DNA from: Pelomyxa schiedti | Taxonomy: Eukaryota > Protista > Evosea | Reading direction: 5' to 3' | Assembly (NCBI GenBank): GCA_020536535.1 | Contig: JAHLWZ010000291.1 | Span: 62,001-126,000 of the forward strand | DNA: 64,000 bases | In this document: piece by piece, positions 51,277-61,117 of the stretch | How positions within the stretch are numbered: the stretch's first letter is position 1 | Layout: each line of letters begins with the position of its first letter | Notes under the pieces: generated by a model | What the model was told of the DNA's origin: nothing | Databases searched by the model: none | The model's input: only the letters and a program-made list of their open reading frames with translations | Translations under genes and position numbers: made by a program

Positions 51277-53166
51277 TCACCAGTCACAGTCAGCAGGGTC
51301 CACTTTGCGTTGCAAGTCACGAGGCGGGGGACCGTAGAGCCTAGAGCCTGTAGGGGAGTATCGGCCGCCGTGGCAGGGGCAGTCCCACGTGGACTCTCTC
51401 TCGTTCCAGGTCACGATGCACCCCAGGTGCGTGCACACGGGGGACATCACGTGAAGCTGGCCCCCGGCGTCGCGGTACACAGCTAGCGGCTTGGACGTTA
51501 TGTGCTTCCGAACTATCTGTTAGGAATTAATTATGGGTGTGGGTTTGGGTGTGAGTGGTGGGAATGGGTGGGGGGTGTTTGTGCTTTGTTTGGTTGGTAT
51601 TTGTTTGTGTGGCATACTTTTCCTTCTCCGTGCTTGATTTCAGTCAGGGAGGCAACTTTCTCACCAGTGACAACGCCTTCAAGGAACTTGAGTGCAACAT
51701 CAGCATTCTCCTTGAGAAAAGTGGCACCGGATCGGCGAACGTTAAGCCGCGAGGGGCTGAAGAGTTCCGCCAGCTTATTTTCTCGCTTAAGAATCAGGTC
51801 TGTGAGTAACTGTGATGCAACTGCACTCCATATGAGACCCTTTTTTGTGGTTTGCAGATTGGAGATTGGGAGAGGAAGAAAATGTGGGGTTAGGGGTATC
51901 AACATGTCCACTGAATCCAGTTGCAGTATAGACGCCACTCATTCCAGGAACAGCACCAATATAAGGCATCCCGTCAGCGGGCTCCCACAATTCAGCACTC
52001 CATCTTCTTTCTATTTTGACTACATCAAATCTGTCCCGTACAAAATTTTCCAATGATTCCATTGCCTTTGTTGGGCAGCCATGACCTACTTTATGATCCT
52101 CTCCACCAACGAGAATAGTGTCTGGACGGTATGAGTTGGACAGTCTTTTAGTGGTAATAAGTCAGCAACCAATATTTCACAACACTTTACTACCTTGAGT
52201 AGTGATAGGGGTCTGCCATATCCCAATATAATGCATCAGGTGGAGGATTTGTAACTGTTGCTGTAAGGCAATATGACATGTACGGGAAACATCTTGTCTC
52301 AAGCGACATGGTACCAGCATAGGGGGAATGGGTGGCAAGGATAACGTGCTTTGCATAAACCGTATGAGGGCGGCCATCACTTCCCTGTTTGTAAGTAAAT
52401 CAACATGATTTTTGAGGAGAGCAAATGACCTGTACTTCCACTGTTGTACTTGATGGCCTTGCTGCTCTGGAATTCTCAAACAGGAAAACATTTCTACTCT
52501 GACCTAACACTCTAGCAAGGCCTGCCACATAACGAAGAGGATCAAATCTTGCACAATTATCCAGAGTTATTCCGGCGGCCGCCCTCAACTGTTGCTGTGC
52601 ACCATTTGGGCATCCAAACTGAGCCTTTACGCCAAGGGAAAGAGCGGTATCAAATTCCCTCCCAATACTACGAGAGTCACTAGGTTGTTCAGAATATCTA
52701 CACCCCGGAACCCTCTTGAAGTCGCAATAGATATCAAATTCCTGCACTACGTGTAAGCTAAAATAAGAAATACCCAAGAAGCAACAACCTTTGACCATCT
52801 TTCCACTTGGCTTATGCCGTCAATGTTAGACATGACTATCAAGTTGGCAACCGTTGGTCCCCAGTCATTCTGAAGCTCCTCAAAATTCTCGTCAGCAGTC
52901 ATATCCAAGTGGCCACTGCTCCCAGATGATGTTCCACTGCCAACACTGTTTGCTTCCACAATAGCAACAGAACATTTATCTCTCAAATGCATAGCCTACA
53001 ACAAAAAGTGAGCAAAAAAAAAAAAAAAAAAGAAGCCAACGGTGCTCAATCCAGTGATTCCCGCGCCAATAATAAGAACGTCCACAGTCAAATCTCTGTC
53101 GATCGAGGGAAACTTTGGAGGCCTCGCAGCGCCCATGTCCTCGAGCCAATAGGACCCAGGCGACAT
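51277..53166 (-). CDS. FAD-dependent oxidoreductase with C-terminal Rieske [2Fe-2S] domain (YhfW-like)
   Basis: SYW start motif, DVLIIGAGITGLST, GSGTSSGSSGHL, FDPLRYVAGLA, WSAELWEPADGMPYIG, YTATGFSG, CTHLGC..WDCPCHGGRY. Intron-containing. Confidence 0.92.
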
Positions 53167-53423
53167 ACTGACAACACCAACTTGATCGCACTCCATACTT
53201 CACCCTTGGACAACAAATAGGAAAAAGAAACCCAACGCGAAGGGGGTTTGTCACATCGTCGTAATACTCCCCTGGGCCTGTAACCGTCAACTTCCGAGAA
53301 AAAAAAAAGCCTGATGAGTTGAATAAAATAATCAACCGGAACGCTCTCATTTTCCTTGTCCTCGCTCAGGATCAGCGGTCTGGTGTTTTTTTTATTCAGC
53401 AGTTTAATCTCTGTACAGCAGTT

Positions 53424-54120
53424 TCATGTGGTGTGATCGTTTGGTGTGCTGGGCCCTTGGGGAATTGATGTTGGTTTGGTGACAGTGGGGGCGTTGGGTG
53501 ATGGCGGCTCAGGAACACTTGATGTAGTAGTCGTTGCGGAGGCGTTCTGGGTTGCAAGCTCGCTGCCAGGTCTCACTTGGTGCACCAACTCTCTTTGTAG
53601 ACAATGGTATTTCGGGTTTGCCAATTCCTGCAATAAACCCTGTGGGATCCCCATCGCTCTGTCCGGAAGATCCCCCTAATTTGGTGGTGAAAATAACTCA
53701 GTGCCTGAGGCAGCGCATACCCCGTCCATCGAATAAGACATAATCTTGAAATCGCTGATGAGTTCCCGAAACACCTCCCACTGGTTGCACCCAGGGCACA
53801 TTCCTTGTTAATACACTCCTTTTTCCTCGCCAGTGCCACGACGCCCCCTTCTCTGATTGTGGCTATTGCCTTCCTCAACTGTGCATGTTATCTTGTGGAC
53901 CAAAAAGGAATCTAGTGGGAGGGTATGTGCTTACTTTGTAAATGTCCCTCTGTGTGATAGTCGCGGGGATCTCACTGTCTGTGTCTTCATATGACCACAA
54001 GGCATTTCTATTCCAGAGGTGGATGATTGTCTCGTTGTCCACCTGGAAGTCTGCAGGGAACAATACTATCCACCCCGACGAGGAATGGTTACTCACAAAC
54101 GCTCTTGCTAGCTTCACCAT
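53424..54120 (-). CDS. small hypothetical multi-exon protein with Pro/Thr-rich tail
   Basis: ATG after an A-rich leader, gtaagc/gtatgc donors linking short ORFs. No family recognised. Confidence 0.5.
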
Positions 54121-54311
54121 CTCTTGTTTGTTTGCCTTATGATTTATTCAAGATCTTGTTTGAAATTTGCACCTGTCAATTTTTTTGTTTTGTTTGACAT
54201 ATTCACACAACCTCAAAAGAAAGAGGAGAGGCTGCTTCTCCCAAACAAAATCTTTTACTGAGTTCGCTAAGAGAATAACAACTAGTATTTAAATATCGTT
54301 GTCTTCTGGGG

Positions 54312-54961
54312 TTACAAGAACACGGCACTGACGGGGCGATTTGGAGTTGAGGCGACTGGGACGGCGGAGTATCCCAGGGCGACGCCGATTGAGTTGAGCT
54401 TCTCGCCTTCGGGGATGTGGAGGAGAGTACGGAGGACTGGTTCCGAGTTTATGGGATAGTTGTAGTGCAGAAGGATCGAGGCAACACCGTGCGCGGTGGC
54501 TGCAATGCACAGGTTCTCGTGAGCGAGAGCAACATCGTAGTCCTCAATTATGGGATTGACTGTGGTTGTGAAAATCAACACTGGGGCGTTGTAGGACATC
54601 TTCTTGGTTTGTGTGTTGATCTGTTTCATTGTTAACAAGGAGGGATTGCATTACAAAGAGGGAACCTGAGCAATGAGTTCTGGAGTGGAAACAACGTAGA
54701 ACTTCCAAGGACTGCAAACAGCACGTTAATAAGTTCATTGACAAACCAAATGGAAGAAACTCCAAAACAACTATTTTTGAAAGGAAAAAACACTGCAACA
54801 ACAAATAAATACAAAACGCACTTTTTGCCCATGGCAGAGGGAGCGAGGACGGCCTTGCTAAGAAGGGCCTCAAGGAGTGGGCGAGGGACTGGATCGGCTT
54901 TATAGCTCCTGCACGAGCGTCTTGCGGTCAGGGCTGACAAGTCCATTGTTGCTGTTGCCAT
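54312..54961 (-). CDS. nitroreductase family flavoprotein
   Basis: ARRSCRSY, LAPSAMG, PWKFYVV, YNAPVLI, DVALAHENLCIAATAHGVAS, VALGY. Confidence 0.93.
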
Positions 54962-55091
54962 GTTTTTTGAATAAATAATAAAGCTGCGTCGGTGGCTCTC
55001 GAGAGGTTGTTGGTTTTTTTATGCTTTGTGCGTTTTGCTTGATTTATTTATAAGTGGAAAATCAACGGAAAGAGCCGCAGCCACGGAATCA

Positions 55092-55718
55092 TTACGCTTC
55101 TTCTTTCAACCGGTCGTCCAAATTTAGGGCTGTGCCTGTTCCCTTTGAAGCGTCGTTTTCGAGGTCTTCCTTGGACAGACCCGAGCACTCAAGCACCTGT
55201 GGCTCACAGTACTTCTTTTTTTTTTCGTTAGTTGTCATTTCAACTACAGTACACACAATTTGGCACTTGATGCACTTCTCACTGAAGGAATTCCATAAAC
55301 AAGGCAATTTACAGTTTGACACAGTGCATGTAATTCCCTATGGCTCATGAGTGAACCAAACAACAATCCGCGAATACCTGGGCAAAACACTCCATGCATG
55401 GTGAAGATATGTGGTGACCAGTTGTATCTGCAATGCAATTGGAAGAGCACACTTCATCCTTCCAGCATTGCCGCGCGCACTTGTCAAGCTACAAGCACAA
55501 GTCAAAAGGGATAAAGTAGTCTCCACACTGAAAACCAACCACTTTCGCGAAGGCATCCTGAGGTAATGACTTCAAATACCCTGTTACTGTGTAAACAAAA
55601 GGGAAAAATATAAGCGAGATAGACCGTAATCTTCAGAGGATTTGCAGTTCCCCTCGCTTCCCCTTGTACTGTGCACAGTAAATAAGAACAGCACCACCCA
55701 CAGCACCATGTCTCCCAT
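55092..55718 (-). CDS. small secreted cysteine-rich protein (14 Cys in the spliced model)
   Basis: Signal peptide MGDMVLWVVLFLFTVHSTRG; KCARQCW..VCSSNCI..SSPCMECF..TCTVSNCKLPCL..EKCIKC..YC..ECSG. Confidence 0.75.
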
Positions 55719-56117
55719 TGTTATTTGTGTTGAATGGAAGTAAAACCAGTGGGATCTTGACATGGCAACCGCGCCGGGTTTTTACTTTCCACAAAACCAC
55801 ATTTAGATCCTCATGTACATGACAGACACCTGACCCCGTCCTCCCATCAGATCCAGAAAATCAGATTTCTCTTCCTGATCGCTTTGCTGTACAAGTTGAA
55901 CTTCCTTTTTTACCCTGTTCGAACAGGTGTGATGACGGTTCCACCAAGAAAATCGCCGAACACGTAGAACCGATACACCCCTCGCTTTTTCTTCTTGTCT
56001 CTTCTTCTAGACGCTCGCCCCCATATTGTCCGTTTCTCTCACCGTAAAATAAAACCCAAGCAACACCACCTTTGAGGAAAAAACCCACTTTAACAAGCAA
56101 ACCCACACAAAACAAAG

Positions 56118-57716
56118 ATGGAGATGGATCGTGCGGATTCTCGAAAAGGCAAAGGAACGGAACAGGACAAGCAATTGGCTCTGAGGAACGAGGAGCCCTG
56201 GTCCCCTGCTCCACCGTCAAGGCTGTTCCGTGCAGTATCCAGTCTAATGAACTCAGGCTACCACCACGTCGAGGACCACGCAGCCCACAGGATCACGGAG
56301 GAGGATGCTGATGCGGAAGGGCCTGGTGTGGAGATGATGAGGATGTCAAACTTGGAATCTGAAGGGGAACTGGCGAATCCTAATCCATTTAGGAGATTGC
56401 CAGATGAATTGGTGTTGCGGATTTTCTCCTATCTGAGTCTCCAGCAGATATTTCAAGTATCTCGTGTATGTGATGTTACTTTAAAAAAAAAAAAGCAAAC
56501 AACAAAAAACCTCACCCTACTGAGAACTTTCAAAGACCTGCAGACGATTCAACACGCTGACTTCTGCAACAGCCTTATGGAACGAAGTTGCTCTTGAGAG
56601 GAATTGGCCTCTCAGCAAAGAAAAAGCGTTTTACAGAGACATGTATGGCGTTCTTCCTTTCTATGAGGCATTAATTGTGGTATAGAGTGATCAAAGAAGT
56701 GGAAGAAAAGAGAACAACTGTACATTCATATTGGGGTATGATAAGATAGAAACTTTTTTTTTAGGTGAAGAAAAGGAGGGAGCAGATGGCAACTGTCATC
56801 GTGAGCTCCAGAGTCTGGGAATGGATTTTCTCAGTTTTATTTTTGTATACTTGTATAGCAACTGTGCTGAAATTTGATGACCGGATTGACTGGCCTTGGA
56901 TCAGTATCCTGTGGCCAGTATTTGTTTATATTGTGTACTTATGGGTTATCTTGGCTGTGTGTATCCTCTCATTTTTATTGTTAAAGTTTATGTAAATAGA
57001 TGTACGGGCATGTTTTTCACAAATATGGGCCTTTCGAGGAAATGAAGACAGCTCGGGGTGAATGCTATCGGCCGTTATTCAATGAATGTTGCATGTCCAG
57101 GTGTGAGTACCTTTCAAAGAGGCAGTGCGAATTCTTTCTATTTTTGGCGGCAATAACTCCATTTTTCTTCCTGCTACTGCTGAGTCTTTTCGGACTGGTT
57201 CCCTCATGGATTGTTCCAATCCCACTCCATCTCGTAACTGTGCACATACTGTTGACACCCTACTACTTGGGAGGCAAGTGTATCTCACTGCGTTCGTGGA
57301 AGCTAGGAGTGTGGTACTCGTGCATAGTGTGCGGGCCACTTTGGAGCGTATTCCTGGGACTTCTGAGTGCCAAACTGTACAGAAATGCCAGCTTCCTCTG
57401 GCTAACGGTTATATCACCATTCTTGGCCATGCAGTTCTGGGCAGTGCTTGTATCCTCATCTCTGATATATTTCCTAAGGGGCATGTTCAAGCCAGACAAC
57501 AAAGGAGACGACATGCTTGTTTTATGGCAAGGCATCATGATGTTCTCTGGAATGACTTTTGGTCCCATGGAAGTAACCCTGGCTTTGGCAGCGGACGGTC
57601 TACGAGACCTTCAAATCCTGCTTTGCTGTATCCCATTGTTCTTCTGGTTGGGTGTATTCGCCTTTACCTGCGTCTCATGCAACCTTAACGTCACAACCCA
57701 TTGTTGTGCTAGGTAG
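56118..57716 (+). CDS. F-box protein fused to a multipass membrane domain (TMEM185/TMEM203-like)
   Basis: F-box FRRLPDELVLRIFSYLSLQQIFQVSR..CRRF..LW; repeated helix pairs VLKFDDRIDWPWISILWP and SAKLYRNASFLWLTVISP; about 8 hydrophobic segments. Confidence 0.85.
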
Positions 57717-57834
57717 TAAGTAGGTGGCGCAAGCAAAACAAAAAATAAACAAATAAACAACGAGGTTATTTGGCTTCTTTCGGCAAAATTGTGTTTGGTT
57801 CTATGTGGAGGAAAAATCGAAATCACTGCCAGGG

Positions 57835-60800
57835 TTAGAGGTGGCCCACACTTGCCGCGAGTGTTCCCGTTAAGCCAACTGATGAAGCCGCCAAGTTTTG
57901 TACATCATGTCTGCGTTCACTTAGTGACACTTCGAGTTTATGAGCTTCGGAGATGGCCTGCGAGATAATGTTCATCCACTCCGCCTTGGAACTGCTGGAG
58001 GAGCACTGGCATATCAGCGCTGTGTGGTGTGAGAAGAGCGGGAAAAAGAGTGGGGGAGAACATTTTGCGTTTGTATTCAGGTGGAATGTCAGTTCGTTAT
58101 CTTCTGGTGTCTCTAGCACGGAAATTGTAAGGAGTGTGCTGGCCCACATAAATTTATACTGTTCGCCCACTAGATATGAGGTGATACTTGGACCAAATAG
58201 AAGAGAGAGGAGTGCTTTACAAGGGGATTTAGAAGCAAACAAATTTACAGATGACTTGGACATGACTTTGGTTGCCATAAGCAAGTCATTGAATAGAATT
58301 AACAACCTTGGCGCTGCTGCCTTGTCACCACTGTTTTCACCTTTGTGAACTCTCAGGGAGAAAAAAGGGGTATTAAATAATTAGCGTACCGCGAATCAGA
58401 ACATTTCCTTGGTGCACCCATCTTCTTGTAGGCTGTGTAAGACTCTGTTTAGAAGTTAAGCAGAGTGGCTTTAAAAAAGCGACGGAAACTCACCTTTTGT
58501 GCGTGTGCCGGATTTGGATCCTGATCGATTTATTTGTTTCAAATTGATGTGAATGGGAGTACACACTATAAATTTGCCTTGCAACATCTTTTCGATTTGT
58601 TGTACTTTGAAACGAGATTCTACCTCCCGTTTCTTTTGCTCTGTTATTTCTCCAATTTTTACCCCTAATATTTCTGTCTACCTTCTCATTGATTCCTGTC
58701 GCAACAGTTTTCATCCTATCTAATGCTTCTTGCAATTTCTTGAAGTCGGGTCTACTAGGATCCGAATTTTTCACAAGAACTTGTAAAAGCATAACATAAC
58801 GAGGGATTCCTAGAAATGAAGTGAACTGGGTGCAAATAGCAAGTTCTTGAATACTTTGGACGGGTAAAATTAGGAATGCAAAAATGTCCAACCCTTTCAG
58901 TTCTGGATTTTTCGTGGCATTCTGTGAAAGGAATATTAGCATTCATTTACTCTGAAGCCAGACAACCTCTAACCATAGAGCAAAGTCGGGATTCTTGGAC
59001 AATTCGATAACTTGAGCAACAGCATTTTCATAGTTTTGTACATACATGGTGTAAACCTGGTCAGATAAGTAAATGCAAGATACACTTAATCATACCTTCA
59101 AAAAGTTACTCTGCATAAAAAGAAAAAAAAAAGGAATTCGTTAATGAGAAGTAAACTTCACAACATTATTACAATTTCGAGGAAAACTGGCCCTAAGAGG
59201 GGTTGCTTTGGATCAGCTGCAACTGCTGCCGTTAATTTTTTGTAGAACAGTGTATTGTACAATTTGATAGGTTCGATTGAAGAACTTATCTACAGGAAAA
59301 ATCATAAGACATCCCTTGTACCTTGGGCATGTACTGTTTTTCTTGCTTGCATAGAAACAAGTTCTTCTGGCATTGGTTTTATAAATACATTGATGAGGGT
59401 ATCTATTCCTTTGAGGTACGAATCCTCTAATAGGGGTAAGTGTTGTTCTTTTGTGCGGGAGTGATTGCCATACCAGAGGATACAATTTCTGCTGTTACTG
59501 ATTCCACCTGTTTTGCCTTGGCCTCCAATGAATCTTCCTCTTTGATTTCTTCTTCTGGTGGAGGAGTGCTCACTTCGGGCGTAACTGATGTAGTTGTAGT
59601 ACAGGAAGCGCTAAGAGACTCAGGTGGTGGGGATGTGGATGGCATTGCTGTTTGTTGTGTGGGTTGTTGTGTGGGTTGTTCATGTTCGTCTTGAAGGGAC
59701 CTTGAAGGTTCAGGAACAGGATTACTATGAAGGGAGTGAGTTTGTAGTTTACAGTAATTAACAACATTCGGCTGTGTCGCCGGGATTCCTACATCGTTTC
59801 AGTTTTTGTAACTGGGATATTCATTAGTACCCGCGTAAGTTTTGCAGGAGTTTCCTCTGTGGCACTGGTAGAAGTAAGTCGTTCTTTTTCTTCATATACT
59901 TGAAGACGCTTTTTGAGGTCCCTTTTATAGGCATTAGGGTATACTCGATAACGAGGGGAGTAACTTGAGTTCTTTCTTCACTTTTTTGTATTGCTTTTTT
60001 TGTGATTCTAAATGCTCTGTGAGCTCTTGTGCATTCGCTTTAAGAAGTTCCTTTTCTCTAGTAAAGTTAAAACTGCTTAAACACGTTCTCTAGGCAGTAC
60101 TGTTCACTTGCGGATTGAATTTCTCCAATTTTTGATTCCATAGCGCCAACTTGTTCCACTGCAGCTCGTCTGTGGCAATTGTTATTCTTTGCAAACAATG
60201 ACAATGGCGGGAAAGAAATACCTTTTCTCTCTTTCTTCTTTCAGCTTTTTTTCAAGGCTCTTTATTTGATCCTCCTACCAGACTTTAGAATATAGGTAGT
60301 TGTCATTTCACAATACCAGTTGTTGTCTAACCTCTTCAGCCTTAGAAAGCATCTCTTGTAACTCTTTCAATTTCGTTGCGTTGTCCTCTGAACTGCTAAG
60401 GGTAAACCACAAAACGAAGAAGTGTCAGAGTTACCCAATAGAATTTTTCTGTTGTTGTATTGAGATGAGGGAATTGCTCATAAATATTGGAATACCTCTT
60501 CTTGAGACCTGTGAAGAGCAACTTCTGTATCTCGGAGCTTCTCTGTAACACTCAGTAGGTTCTCCTCACAGGTTCTCAGTTTTTGGTTTAGCTTCTCTGC
60601 TCTTTCTTTTGCCTTCGACAGTTTCTTTTCTGTTTTATTCAGCTTGGATGTGACTTCATTCATATGTTGCTGACTAGAGCTGAGCTGCTTAGATAATTCT
60701 ATGGAGCTGTCCTTCTCAGATGTCAGTGTTTTTTTCATGTTTTGGATGGTTTCTTCAAGCGAGGCAATTTGCTGCTGCCTAAAAAAAAACGGGAATCAGA

Positions 60801-61067
60801 AAATAAATGAAGTAATTTGAAGCGCACTGATCTGCAACCAAGGCCGACATTCCGGGGGTTCCAGAGACCTGTTGAAGGTCATAAGAGCAGTAGTACTGCT
60901 AAAAGAAACCTGTTCATTCACACGTTTGTTGAGCAGGTCTATCTTGGCACTGGAGATGCATTAGTTATTAGGTGAAACTATAGTCAACAACGTTTGTTCT
61001 AAAATTGTCTTATCCCTCAACTCTTTTTCACCCTTCAATTCCAAGATCTGTGACAGGAAGTAGGAAG

Positions 61068-61117
<50 letters not shown>

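Noticed and set aside
55864-55925. Resemblance to U5 snRNA (TTTCTCTTC..GATCGC, CCTTTTTTAC)
   Set aside because: The invariant loop GCCTTTTAC, its stem and an Sm site are not properly formed.
6884-57716. Ubiquitin-system 'cluster' (Parkin-like, two F-boxes, arrestin, DDI1, cereblon)
   Set aside because: The genes are dispersed among unrelated genes and such families are abundant in eukaryotes. No evidence of functional clustering.
61070-61115. Retroposon poly(A) tail
   Set aside because: No element body or target-site duplication. It is an intronic poly-T tract whose length may be a sequencing artefact.
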